Positions 21,501 through 30,980 of a DNA stretch of 64,000 nucleotides are shown here, one piece after another (within the stretch, counting starts at the first letter, position 1; each line of letters starts with the position of its first letter). Both the position numbers and the translations under genes were made by a program. The stretch is from Verrucomicrobiota bacterium (GTDB lineage: Bacteria; Verrucomicrobiota; Verrucomicrobiia; Limisphaerales; AAA164-E04), in assembly GCA_047947115.1 (NCBI GenBank), contig CP170459.1, positions 1,568,001-1,632,000 of the forward strand, written 5' to 3'. The notes beneath the pieces were generated by a model, which did no database searches, was not told the origin of the DNA, and saw only the letters and a program-made list of their open reading frames with translations.

Positions 21501-24129
21501 GAACGACGCAATCAAGAACAATGCATTGTTGAGTCGTGTTTTCACCAGCTTGGCAAACATACCCACGATGTCTGTTCCTAATTTCAGTGACGCCAAAGAG
21601 GCTAACTTCGAAATTAAAACTGACGTAGATACCAAGCCGATTGCTGATGACGGTGATCCGATCGCTGTTGGTTCCAACTACAAGTTGGGCACTGTTTCCA
21701 ATGCCACATACGGTGTTGGAAAAGCAAAACCTGCCATCACTTGGACCGACAAGGCAATCACCTACGGTGCTGCTATCAAGACCGACCAGTTGAATGCAAC
21801 TGTTCCTAATCCTCCCGAAGGATTGAACAACAAGAAGGGAACTTTTGTTTACAAGATTGGTGACGCCAATGGTTCTGATGCCTTGGGTGCTGTTTTGGAA
21901 ACCGGAACATACACCTTGCATGTGACCTATACTCCTCATCCTGATTTCTCTAATCAGTATTTGAGTGCAACCAAGACTATCAAGTTGACGGTTAACAAGG
22001 CACAGCTGGATGTTCATATTCCTAACATTACCAATTACATCTACGGTGATCCGTTGCCTGTTCTTCAAGCCATTGATCTGACCTATGGAACAGTTGTTAA
22101 CAACAACCTGACCAACGGATTCGTCAACGGTGATGATGCTAGTATTTTCAACAACGCTGGATCCATTCAGCCTGTTGTTGCGATTCTGCCAGCATTAAAC
22201 GCTAAACTTGAACCGACCGACTTCACAGTGGCAAACAGCCCTGCTCGAGTTGTCTTTGGTCAGGTTCCCGTAACGAAGAACTACAATATCAATATCTCCA
22301 CCGGTGTTATGACGATCAATCGTCGTGCACTGACTGTGAAGCCAGCTGATATTACCACGCCTTTCGGAATGAGTGTTCCGTTGACCTTGGAATACATCAA
22401 CCTGGCTCCTGGAGAAACGGCCGCCAACTTGAGCAATCCTGGATTTGCTTTCATGAACCCATCCGCAAACATTGCGACATTGGCTCCTGGAACATATTCC
22501 ACATTTGCTAATGGTGCCTTCGGTAACAACTATGTTGTGACCCACGCTCCTGGTAACCTGATCGTTGACCGTGCGCTTGCTGTGATTAACATCAACAACA
22601 ATGTTCACACATATGATGGTTCCACAAAGTCTGTGACTGTCACCACCGTTCCTGCTGGTTTGTCAACCACAGTCACTTATGATGGCAATGCTCAGCCTCC
22701 TGTGAATGCAGGTAGCTATGCAGTCAGCGTGACAGTGAATGATCCCAACTATCAGGGAACCGTGAACGGCACCTTGGTTATCAATAGGGCCGCTGCAACC
22801 GTCGCAGTTTCTGATACTGTTCGGGTCTATGATGGCACACCTAAGTTCGCTACCGTAGCAACCACACCTGCAGGACTCCCCGTAAGTGCTACTTACAACA
22901 AGAACCCTGCCGGTGCCACAGCAGCGGGAACATACGACCTCAAGGTGACGGTTACTGATCCTAACTACACAGGTAGTGCTGAAGGCGCGTTTGTGGTAGA
23001 AAAAGCTACTGCTCAGATTGCTCTGTTGAACACTCAACAAGTGTTTGACGGAACTCCTAAGACAGTGGGCGTTCAAACCACTCCTGAGGGAATGACTGCA
23101 ATTGTTAACTACAATGGTCAAACCACTGCACCTAGTGCTGTTGGAACCTACGATGTGACAGTTGCCATCTCGAATGCCAACTACAAAGGAACCGCAACGG
23201 GTCAGTTGAACATTCTCAGTGCAGCGACCATCTCACTGTCCAACACCAGTGTTTCATACACCGGTAATGCTCAGAGTGTCACTGTTACCACTGCTCCTGC
23301 TGGATTGAAAGTGAATGTGACCTACAACAAGAGTCCTAACGCTCCTACAGCAGCCGGAACCTATGAAGTTGTCGCCACTATCGAAGACGCCCTCTACAAG
23401 GGATCTGCGAAGGTCACGTTCAGAATCCTCAAGGCTAACGCAACAATTCAGTTTGTTGCTAGCTCATTGGAAACGAACTGGCAATCACCTGCTGCCGCTC
23501 AGGTCACCACCAATCCTGCCGGATTGAATACAGTGATCACATATAACGGTAGTACGACCTTGCCAACTGAGCCCGGTGATTACGAAGTAGTCGCTACGGT
23601 TGTCGGCAGCAACTATTCTGGTAGCGCCACTGCCACATTCAGTGTTGGCAAGGCTCCTCAGAACATCGCGTTCCCAGCCATTCCGAACCTGACGATCAGT
23701 GGTCAGCCTCTGTTGCTGATCTTGAATGCAACGTCTGATTCCGGATTGCCTGTGAATTACACAGTGACTGCTGGTTCAGCAACCATCAACGGTAACGTGT
23801 TGACCGTAAACCAGCCAGGTAGTGTTGTTGTGACTGGTCAACAGTTGGGTAACGACCGTTACCTGGCTGCTGAGGAAAAAGTTCGTTCCTTCCAGGTGAG
23901 TGGAACCGGTGTTCCTCTGGGTGCACCTCAGACCACTGCATCGTTGACTGATGACGGCGACGTTAGCTTGAGTGTTTCTGGTGAACCTTTCACCACCTTG
24001 AGCGTGTATGCCGCAGATGTTCTCACCGGTGAATTCAAGCCAGTTGTCAAGATTGGTTTGGACCAGAACGGTAAAGGAACATACAACACTCCTACCGAAG
24101 GTGCTGAGCGTTACTTCCAAGTGAAGTAA
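18580..24129 (+). CDS. Large secreted surface protein/adhesin with MBG and Ig-like repeats (~1850 aa)
   Basis: Signal peptide ending AQLFA; repeats W..P..I.YG...LNA and about five tandem ~75-aa units (YDG..K.V.VTT.PAGL...VTY....P..AG.Y.V..T..D.NY.G); T/A/V/N/G-rich, mature part lacks Cys; start 18580 or 18592. Confidence 0.8.
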   Translation: MNRVMKLKPSGGCRIFLAAFVATLASVAQLFAADAAINWSNPADIVYGTPLSSAQQNATFTNPDTGASLQGTVIYTPLAGTYLNAGSQQALTVTFVPNSNQGVNANAVTKTVFLNVQKAPLTASAPSITAEYGTAVANYIAGLNGDLVTYSGFVRNENKDSAGAISVKPTIEIKDTNNSTPAGSVKAVTFATPPSSSNYSITTVNGTLTIAPKTLVFDLANKTKLYGETPIAPHLDVPQGATGNFGLGNDGRGTGWENGQDANVKVSQVHNVTEKSNVGTYDINILLEETTPNILRNYTVKINNAIYTVTKRDLQVAVDPANATIKYGEKFPTFKATYTIVEPGAQTFDIANVNKTGNALSTVSGVLTGAVSLVLPAANANVANSPHDVKTDGGTTFGNNFNIVRVNGKLTVNKTDLTIKASNRTKITGVALPGIGSLQVEFPNSGDFKFGESPSNIFNPFPPEMQYSFVNPNPDPTAGDTTDNADLNVNNGVGAKPGTYSSAIAFKNPALTAANYNIIQQNGDLNVTLQPLQVSWAPQTTTLTYGDGFDATKHLNAKGTTTVPFGNGTYAIPFTVTYEAFNKDNVSQGAITPGSTLPSGTFRVTATVKVNQAQITADQNANPAQAPAQVPAFGDGLASLDFIFVKKALEVTADKQERTFGSANGFDKTKVAYKGFVLGDTDANLTKKPEVGDPTNAASDVGDYSIIPSGGESGNYSFNYVSSTLKVKPAATTVTWNPEAAGGDVKKHVTYGTAMSATPNVNAAANGGVAGTITYSININDPRALTVPTTDVKATFTPSSPNYSKSELTRTINVLRKESVVAPSGQTLIFGDDIPALSGTVGFLDGDGIETTFKSIAYKGIDVGDYLISAEFKDTFGRLKNYNIKLLSAAENRIKINPATLNIETQDQTSAVNAGGPKATELKLFGLKAEANVLEGIAMTKAELDLAYTQTGVTVVDEADGNKNKTYDNTKVTLNDAIKNNALLSRVFTSLANIPTMSVPNFSDAKEANFEIKTDVDTKPIADDGDPIAVGSNYKLGTVSNATYGVGKAKPAITWTDKAITYGAAIKTDQLNATVPNPPEGLNNKKGTFVYKIGDANGSDALGAVLETGTYTLHVTYTPHPDFSNQYLSATKTIKLTVNKAQLDVHIPNITNYIYGDPLPVLQAIDLTYGTVVNNNLTNGFVNGDDASIFNNAGSIQPVVAILPALNAKLEPTDFTVANSPARVVFGQVPVTKNYNINISTGVMTINRRALTVKPADITTPFGMSVPLTLEYINLAPGETAANLSNPGFAFMNPSANIATLAPGTYSTFANGAFGNNYVVTHAPGNLIVDRALAVININNNVHTYDGSTKSVTVTTVPAGLSTTVTYDGNAQPPVNAGSYAVSVTVNDPNYQGTVNGTLVINRAAATVAVSDTVRVYDGTPKFATVATTPAGLPVSATYNKNPAGATAAGTYDLKVTVTDPNYTGSAEGAFVVEKATAQIALLNTQQVFDGTPKTVGVQTTPEGMTAIVNYNGQTTAPSAVGTYDVTVAISNANYKGTATGQLNILSAATISLSNTSVSYTGNAQSVTVTTAPAGLKVNVTYNKSPNAPTAAGTYEVVATIEDALYKGSAKVTFRILKANATIQFVASSLETNWQSPAAAQVTTNPAGLNTVITYNGSTTLPTEPGDYEVVATVVGSNYSGSATATFSVGKAPQNIAFPAIPNLTISGQPLLLILNATSDSGLPVNYTVTAGSATINGNVLTVNQPGSVVVTGQQLGNDRYLAAEEKVRSFQVSGTGVPLGAPQTTASLTDDGDVSLSVSGEPFTTLSVYAADVLTGEFKPVVKIGLDQNGKGTYNTPTEGAERYFQVK

Positions 24130-24164
24130 TAGGACGCGCGTTTCATAACTTTATCTGAAAGCAA

Positions 24165-24197
24165 ACCAGGGGCAGTCAAGCTGCCCCTGGTCTTTTT
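24165..24197 (+). terminator. Rho-independent terminator
   Basis: ACCAGGGGCAG-TCAAG-CTGCCCCTGGT then CTTTTT. Confidence 0.8.
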
Positions 24198-24261
24198 GTA
24201 TCCAAGTTTTGTATACATCCTTGTCCTTGTTGTGAACCTTCTTGATCGAACAAAAGCATTA

Positions 24262-25881
24262 ATGGGCGGACGAATGTTGCGTGATATTCGCGGCACCATG
24301 GTGATCGCCCTTTTTGGAAGGGTGTGTCACTTCTTTGCTTTTGTTTATGCTGCACGGTGCCTGGGTGATGGGCTTGGGGAATCAACCGAGGCTTTGGGGT
24401 GGGCTCAATACTTGCAGTTTGTGTTAACGTTGGGATTAGACATTGTAGCTGTAAGGCATTTGGCAGCTAAATCGATCAGTTTTGATCAGTTGGTGCCAAG
24501 CGTATTTACCTCAAGGCTTCTAATTTATGGTTTCTGTTCGCTGGTTTGGGTTTTTGGTTTGTTGTGTTTGAAACTTCCTTGGCATGTTTTTCAGCTGTGG
24601 CTCGCCGCTGTGCTGAATTTGTTTACGTTAGGGATGAGTTTTCAATGGGTATTTCAAGGAAAGGAACGCATGCCAGCTTTCACCTTGATACAGGCGTTGA
24701 TATCTGCCTGTATTTTGTGCTGCTTCCTCGTTGGTTTTAGTGTCGGTGATTCACCTCAATTATCCAGAAATGATGTTCGTTTTCCTAATGAAATTGCTTC
24801 TCATTTAAGGGAATCCATCCGACCAGTCGATCAGTGGTTACTGGACCAACTATCAGACGAAACCAAAATCACATTGAATCTTCGTAATGAGGCGGCTTTT
24901 GATGAAGATCAATTTACTAATGCGGTCATTAATGATCTCAATAGAATCATCCAGGGAGATTTGATTGATTCAAGGAATCTTGAAGGAATTCAATTGGATC
25001 CTGTTATCAATGAAATGTTGTTTCAGCAGCCTGTTGGGATGCAGGTTCAAAAATTGAACCGTCAAATTTTGGAGGAAGTGTTTGGAGACAAGATAAGTAA
25101 GATAAACCTTGGTACGAAGGCAGGAGCTGATCTATGGGTCATGGGAATTTGTCAATTGTTGGTCACTACTGGGGCATGGATTTATATTAAAATTTATTAT
25201 CGCGTATCCCTTTATGCTAAAAGGAAGTGGCGTGATATTGGAGTATACATTAATGAAGGATTACCAAATTGGATTTTCGGACTTTTATACAACACTTTGA
25301 TTACAGTAGGAATGTTGAGTTTAAAGAGATTATCGGCCGGCAACGCTCAATTTGCAAACCATGATGACGCTTATGCCACTCTCTATCGCCTGGCGCTAGC
25401 TGTTCATTTTATTTTAGCTTTTATTGGTTCAGTCATTTATACGCGCATTGTTATCTGGAAAAATGAACGTAATGACTTTTTCTTTCGTGTGGCTTTGGTT
25501 TGTTCCGGAGTCATTGTTTGTGGCGTATTGTCCTGTTCCGTGATTCACTGGGTGCATCCCGTCTTGTATCCATTTCTATTTCAGAAAGAGGTGTTTTTGC
25601 CCGCAGCTCCCTACATGTCTTTAATGTTGTTAGGGCGATTTGTTGGGTTAACCAGCGGCATTCTTGTATGGGGTATGTTGGCTTATCACCGTGATTGGCG
25701 CGCTGTGTATTGTGCTATTATTCCAGTTTCAGGATCCGTTTTGTTGCATTTTTTACTCGTTCCTCAATATGGTATGCATGCCGCCGTGTTACTCAATTTG
25801 GGAGGAGAATTAGGACTTTTCTTTTTTTGCCTGATCGGGTTTGTGGGACTTCGTAAATCTGTTCAATTTCGTAGAAAATGA
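24262..25881 (+). CDS. Wzx/MOP-family oligosaccharide flippase with a soluble insertion
   Basis: Many TM segments, YAARCLG, LGLDIVAVR, QWVFQGKERM, LVPQYGMHAAV motifs; start uncertain (24262 or 24274). Confidence 0.7.
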   Translation: MGGRMLRDIRGTMVIALFGRVCHFFAFVYAARCLGDGLGESTEALGWAQYLQFVLTLGLDIVAVRHLAAKSISFDQLVPSVFTSRLLIYGFCSLVWVFGLLCLKLPWHVFQLWLAAVLNLFTLGMSFQWVFQGKERMPAFTLIQALISACILCCFLVGFSVGDSPQLSRNDVRFPNEIASHLRESIRPVDQWLLDQLSDETKITLNLRNEAAFDEDQFTNAVINDLNRIIQGDLIDSRNLEGIQLDPVINEMLFQQPVGMQVQKLNRQILEEVFGDKISKINLGTKAGADLWVMGICQLLVTTGAWIYIKIYYRVSLYAKRKWRDIGVYINEGLPNWIFGLLYNTLITVGMLSLKRLSAGNAQFANHDDAYATLYRLALAVHFILAFIGSVIYTRIVIWKNERNDFFFRVALVCSGVIVCGVLSCSVIHWVHPVLYPFLFQKEVFLPAAPYMSLMLLGRFVGLTSGILVWGMLAYHRDWRAVYCAIIPVSGSVLLHFLLVPQYGMHAAVLLNLGGELGLFFFCLIGFVGLRKSVQFRRK

Positions 25882-26789
25882 AGAATCCAATCAAACAAGC
25901 ATGGATCGCCTTCAAGTATTGGCGAACCTTTCGAAAGTATCCAGGTGTGTTTCGACTAGGAGACGCGTGTTTGCAAATTAGCAGAATTCTTGTGCCTGGT
26001 CGCCTCAATGATTCATATGCCTCTCGGGCGTTGAATCGTTATTTGGATATTTTTAAGGATTCTCATGGTGAACATATTTCGCGGATACGTTGTGTTCCCA
26101 TTGATCTTGATTATTTTTGGAATGCTCCGGTAGACAATAACATGTTTTTCATGGTGGAGCAGGAATTGAATCCCGAAAATCCCCACTGTTATACAACGTT
26201 GCCCATCAAGTTGGACGAAGTTCGAACAATCATTGATGTCGGAGCTTGCGAAGGTCTCTTCGCGTTTCGTATGGCAAAACAATTTCCATCCGCAGTCGTT
26301 CATTGTTTTGAGCCTTTTCAAGAAATGGCGGATTTGATAGATCTCGGTGCCATCGAAAATAGTTTGGTAGATCAAATCAAGGTCCACCCCTTGGCAGTGG
26401 GAGCCACTGAGGGTTTTGTTAAATTCATGGCTTCAGATTCTCCTGATGCGGGAGAGGTGATGTCATGTGCTGAATCGGACCCTGAGGCTATGCGGGCGAC
26501 GACTTTGGACCGCTTTGTTTCCAGTCAACAACTTGAGTTATCTCAGCGAGACTTGATTAAGATAGATGCCGAAGGTGCCGACCTTAATGTGCTGAAAGGG
26601 GGGGAGGACATGATCCGGCGTTACCGTCCGCAGATCGCTGTGACAACCTATCACAAGGATGAACATCCGGAGGAGATTTACACCTGGTTGAGAGATCTTG
26701 ATTTGGGATATCGATTTCGTTTAAAAGGATTTTCTTTTTGGACTGAGATACCTCGGCCGGTTTTATTGCAGGCCAGCACATTGGATTAA
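25878..26789 (+). CDS. FkbM-family SAM-dependent methyltransferase
   Basis: IIDVGACEG, HCFEP, TTLD, LIKIDAEGAD motifs; ATGA overlap with flippase. Confidence 0.88.
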   Translation: MKNPIKQAWIAFKYWRTFRKYPGVFRLGDACLQISRILVPGRLNDSYASRALNRYLDIFKDSHGEHISRIRCVPIDLDYFWNAPVDNNMFFMVEQELNPENPHCYTTLPIKLDEVRTIIDVGACEGLFAFRMAKQFPSAVVHCFEPFQEMADLIDLGAIENSLVDQIKVHPLAVGATEGFVKFMASDSPDAGEVMSCAESDPEAMRATTLDRFVSSQQLELSQRDLIKIDAEGADLNVLKGGEDMIRRYRPQIAVTTYHKDEHPEEIYTWLRDLDLGYRFRLKGFSFWTEIPRPVLLQASTLD

Positions 26790-26815
26790 TCTGTCTTAAA
26801 AACGGATGCTTCGGT

Positions 26816-27178
26816 TCAGAGATGCCCAGGCCATGGGTTTTTATTTCTTTTATAGAATCCTTCTTCTTTGTCATCAAAGAACAATTTGAGCAACGGGTGT
26901 TTGAATTCTATGTCCTGAGGATCCGATTTCAGGCTGGTTTCGGCTACATAGGTGACGGATGAACTCCCGTGGACCAGCACATGGTACCAAGGCTGGTTCT
27001 TGTTCGGTTGAGTGTTATTTTTTTGGTACCAATCTTCTGATGCCTTGAAACGTGTATCCATGGCGACAATTAAGCCACGGTAATCATAGCGCACATGCTT
27101 GACGCGTTGACCTACAAGAAAACGAGGGTTTTTTGGTCCGTCATCATTGGCAATGAATGCATCGTTCCAGCGAAACAT
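26816..27178 (-). CDS. hspQ: Heat shock protein HspQ (YccV domain)
   Basis: F.VGQ.VKH..YDYRGLIV..D and QPWYHVLV...TYVAE motifs. Confidence 0.85.
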   Translation of the reverse strand: MFRWNDAFIANDDGPKNPRFLVGQRVKHVRYDYRGLIVAMDTRFKASEDWYQKNNTQPNKNQPWYHVLVHGSSSVTYVAETSLKSDPQDIEFKHPLLKLFFDDKEEGFYKRNKNPWPGHL

Positions 27179-27216
27179 GGTTTCTCCTATTCAATAACGA
27201 TTATTCTCGTGTGGAA

Positions 27217-30200
27217 TCAATCGTCTCCACCATTGTCCTGACGCTTTCGCTCCCATTTGGGGCGGGTGCGTTCGGGGAGTTCCTTGTCTACTTTCACGTA
27301 GTAGGCTTGTTCGCCGAATAGATGTTCCACTTCTTTCTGGATGTCATTTCCTGGCATGACCTGGTACTTTTCATGTGGTTCCATGAAAGCAAAGTTGCCG
27401 TTGGATTTCATGAAACAAAGGATGAGGGGGCAGGTTCCTTTATGTGTTTCAACCAACTTAACCAGTGTCTCCAGTTTTTCTGAGGTGAACGTTTCGTATG
27501 GGATTCTGAAGTGAATTTGTTGGGTGAAGCGTCGGGGTGCTTCGTCCAGATACATCAACTCTTGAGGAAATATTTTTGGTCGATCCTCGGCATTATTGAC
27601 TTCTCCGATTACCATCAAGGGTTTGTTGACTTCGAACAAATGTCGGTATTTGTCGTAATTGTCGTTCATGCACAAGATCTGCACTGTGCCCTTCAGGTCT
27701 TCCAGTGTGATCATGGCATAGGGTTTGCCACTCTTTTTCGAAAACCCTTGTTGCAGCGCAGATATCATGCCGCCGATTCTTGTCATGCTTCGGTCAGGTA
27801 GGGAGGCGATGCTTTGGGAATCACCCAGGCCATAATTGTTGAGGATGGTTTCATACGGATTCAGAGGGTGACCGGAAACATAGAATCCAAGCAATTCCTT
27901 TTCGGCGGCGAGACGTTCTCCGATGGGCCAATCTTCCACTCGGTCGGTGTCTGTTATCTCGATGTTTTCCGGTTCGTCCATCATGCCGAACAGGGAGGTC
28001 TGGCCCTTGGAACGGTCGGATGCGACGCTGGCAGCCCGGGATAGTGCTTTGTCGATCAACCCAAACAATGTGGCACGGTTTTCTCCAAGAGAATCGCATG
28101 CGCCGGATTTGATCAGGGCTTCCAGGATTTTTCGGTTCAATGAGCGTCCATCAACCCGCATGCAAAGGTCATACATGGAACTAAATTTTTCTCCCTCATC
28201 GCGAGCCCTGAGAATTTGTTGAACTGCAACTTCTCCAACTCCCTTGATAGCCGCCATACCAAAACGAATGACTTTGCCTCCCTGGGCGGGGGCGAAAACG
28301 ACGCGACTTTCATTGACGTCCGGAGGAAGAACTTCCACTCCGAGTTGCTTGGCTTCATCAATCAGAATGGTGAGCTTAGCCGTGTCACCCATGTCATTCG
28401 TCATCATAGCAGCCAGAAACTCGACCGGATATTTGGCTTTGAGGTAGGCAGTTTGATAGGCCACTACCGCATAGGCTGCTGCGTGGGACTTGTTGAAACC
28501 GTACCCTGCAAATTTCTCCAAAAGATCGAATACTTCGTTTGCTTTTGCTGCCGGGATGTTGTTCAGTTTGGCACAACCTTCGACAAACAGTTTGCGATGC
28601 TCCTGCATCACTTCGACCTTTTTCTTACCCATAGCACGACGGAGCAGATCGGCGCCGCCAAGTGTGTAACCTGCCAGGATCTGTGCCGCCTGCATGACCT
28701 GTTCCTGGTAGATCATGATGCCATAGGTTTCTTTGCAAATAGGCTCCAGCAGTGGATGTGGATATTCAATCTCCACTTCGCCATGGCGTCGACGGATGAA
28801 ATCCGGGATCAGGTCCATCGGTCCCGGACGATAAAGGGAAACCAAAGCTGTGATGTGTTCGACAGAAGCGATTTGAAACTTTCGACACAGATCGCGCATT
28901 CCACCGGATTCCAGTTGGAACACACCGATCGTATTGCCTTTATTCAGGAGGTCGTAGGTTTCTTTGTCGTCGAGCGGCAGAGTATCGATATCGATGTCAA
29001 TGTCTTTGGTCAGCTTGACCATCTCGCAGCAGTTGCGGATGACGGATAGGGTTTTCAAACCCAGAAAATCCATCTTCAACAAACCGAGATCCCCCACGGG
29101 ATTCATGGGATACTGCGTAACGGTGCCGCCCTCGTCGTCCTGTTTAAGGGGGAGAACGTTGTAAAGCGGTTCGGCTCCGATGACGACACCCGCTGCATGC
29201 ACTGAAGTGTTCCGGGTGCAATCTTCAAGAATGAATGCGGTGTCGATCAATTCGCGAGTGACATCTTCGGTGTCGTAAGCCTGCTTTAGATCGGGTGATT
29301 TTTCGAGTGAACTGGCCAGATTGATTTTAAGGTCATTGGGAACCATTTTAGCCAGGCGATCGACCTCACCATAGCTCAAGCCCATGACCCGGCCTACATC
29401 ACGGATCACCGATTTGGCGCCCATGGTGCCGAAGGTCCCGATCTGGGCGACACATTCGCTGCCGTATTTTTGGCGTGTGTATTCGATCACATCGGCGCGT
29501 CGATCGTCTGCAAAGTCGATGTCGATATCGGGTGGATTGACACGTTCTGGATTCAGGAATCGTTCAAAGAGCAGTCCGTATCGAATGGGATCGACGTTAC
29601 TGATTTCCAGCAAATAGGTCACCAGAGAACCCGCAGCGGAACCACGCGCCACGCAGGAGATACCTTTGGAACGGCCGTATTGGACGAAGTCACCGACAAT
29701 CAGGAAGTAACTGACGAAACCCATTTGTTCGATAACCCCCATTTCGGTGTCCAGACGGTCGGTCAGGACTTTGGCTGCCGCGGCGATGCCGGGATCCTGC
29801 ATGGCGGTTTCCGGTTTGTAGTCGTCCGGTTTCCCGTTTTTATGGGGGGCTTCGTAAGTGGGAAGCCGGGTTGGGTCTGCCACGCGTTCGACGATAAATT
29901 TCTCTCCGTCCACTCCAACATCGATGTCGTAGCGCTTTTTTAAACCTTCTGCCAGCAGTTGTCGCAGGTATCCTTCGCGAGTGTAATGTTCGGGTGGTTC
30001 AAACACCGGATAATGCAGCTCGCCAAAGTTAATTTCCAGATGGCACTTCTCGGCGACCTCCAGTGTGTTTTTGACGGCGTCGGGAACTTCCTTGAACAGT
30101 TCGGCCATTTCTTCCGCCGATCTGAGATAAAACTGTTCCGGCACATAACTCATGCGCTTGGTGTCATTGAGTTGCGCCTGTGTGCCGATGCAGATCAGCG

Positions 30201-30870
30201 AATCGTGAGCATGTGAATGTTCTTTTTTGATGTAGTGAACATCATTGGTGGCGACCATCTTGAGATCGAATTCACCCGCCCATTCGATCAAATGACGATT
30301 GACCACCTGCTGTTCTGGAATGCCGTGGTTTTGGAGTTCGAGATAGAAATTGTCCTTTCCGAAAATTTGTTTGAACCAATCGATGGCTTCACGCGCTTCC
30401 TGGAGCTTGTTGTGAGAGATGCATGCCGGAATCTCACTGGCAAGGCATCCTGAGAGAGCGATCAGCCCATCTTTGTGGTCTTCGAGAATATCCTTGTCGA
30501 TGCGGGGTTTGTAATAGTAGCCGTTCAGATGGGCATCGGAAACCAGTTTGACCAGATTTTTGTAGCCCGTTTCGTTTTGTGCAAGGAGTACCAGGTGGTT
30601 GTAGACCTCTTTTCCGCCAATGCTGGATTTCTTCTCCAATCTGCTCCCCGGGGCCACGTACACCTCACAGCCGATAATGGGTTTGATGCCTGCTTTGTTG
30701 GCCGCCTGGTAGAAATCGATCGCGCCATACATCACACCGTGATCCGTGATGGCCATGGCTGGAAACTCCAGCTCTTTGGCATAGTTCATGAGCCTGTTTA
30801 CCTTACAGGCGGCATCCAGCAGTGAATATTCCGTGTGCAGATGTAAATGGACGAATTCGGCCTTCCCCAT
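27217..30870 (-). CDS. dnaE: DNA polymerase III alpha subunit
   Basis: [17 protein letters not shown] domain, [17 protein letters not shown] catalytic motif, [11 protein letters not shown] 30870. Confidence 0.98.
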   Translation of the reverse strand: MGKAEFVHLHLHTEYSLLDAACKVNRLMNYAKELEFPAMAITDHGVMYGAIDFYQAANKAGIKPIIGCEVYVAPGSRLEKKSSIGGKEVYNHLVLLAQNETGYKNLVKLVSDAHLNGYYYKPRIDKDILEDHKDGLIALSGCLASEIPACISHNKLQEAREAIDWFKQIFGKDNFYLELQNHGIPEQQVVNRHLIEWAGEFDLKMVATNDVHYIKKEHSHAHDSLICIGTQAQLNDTKRMSYVPEQFYLRSAEEMAELFKEVPDAVKNTLEVAEKCHLEINFGELHYPVFEPPEHYTREGYLRQLLAEGLKKRYDIDVGVDGEKFIVERVADPTRLPTYEAPHKNGKPDDYKPETAMQDPGIAAAAKVLTDRLDTEMGVIEQMGFVSYFLIVGDFVQYGRSKGISCVARGSAAGSLVTYLLEISNVDPIRYGLLFERFLNPERVNPPDIDIDFADDRRADVIEYTRQKYGSECVAQIGTFGTMGAKSVIRDVGRVMGLSYGEVDRLAKMVPNDLKINLASSLEKSPDLKQAYDTEDVTRELIDTAFILEDCTRNTSVHAAGVVIGAEPLYNVLPLKQDDEGGTVTQYPMNPVGDLGLLKMDFLGLKTLSVIRNCCEMVKLTKDIDIDIDTLPLDDKETYDLLNKGNTIGVFQLESGGMRDLCRKFQIASVEHITALVSLYRPGPMDLIPDFIRRRHGEVEIEYPHPLLEPICKETYGIMIYQEQVMQAAQILAGYTLGGADLLRRAMGKKKVEVMQEHRKLFVEGCAKLNNIPAAKANEVFDLLEKFAGYGFNKSHAAAYAVVAYQTAYLKAKYPVEFLAAMMTNDMGDTAKLTILIDEAKQLGVEVLPPDVNESRVVFAPAQGGKVIRFGMAAIKGVGEVAVQQILRARDEGEKFSSMYDLCMRVDGRSLNRKILEALIKSGACDSLGENRATLFGLIDKALSRAASVASDRSKGQTSLFGMMDEPENIEITDTDRVEDWPIGERLAAEKELLGFYVSGHPLNPYETILNNYGLGDSQSIASLPDRSMTRIGGMISALQQGFSKKSGKPYAMITLEDLKGTVQILCMNDNYDKYRHLFEVNKPLMVIGEVNNAEDRPKIFPQELMYLDEAPRRFTQQIHFRIPYETFTSEKLETLVKLVETHKGTCPLILCFMKSNGNFAFMEPHEKYQVMPGNDIQKEVEHLFGEQAYYVKVDKELPERTRPKWERKRQDNGGDD

Positions 30871-30980
30871 GGCGGGCAGTATATCCCTACTGACAAGGGT
30901 CCCAAAGATCAAAAAAGCGAAGTCGCCCTATTTTTCGCAAAACCGGATGATCATCCATCCGAATCGGGGTGAAAAATCAA

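Noticed and set aside
27217..30870. Intein in dnaE
   Set aside because: Length is normal and no splice-junction or homing-endonuclease motifs are seen
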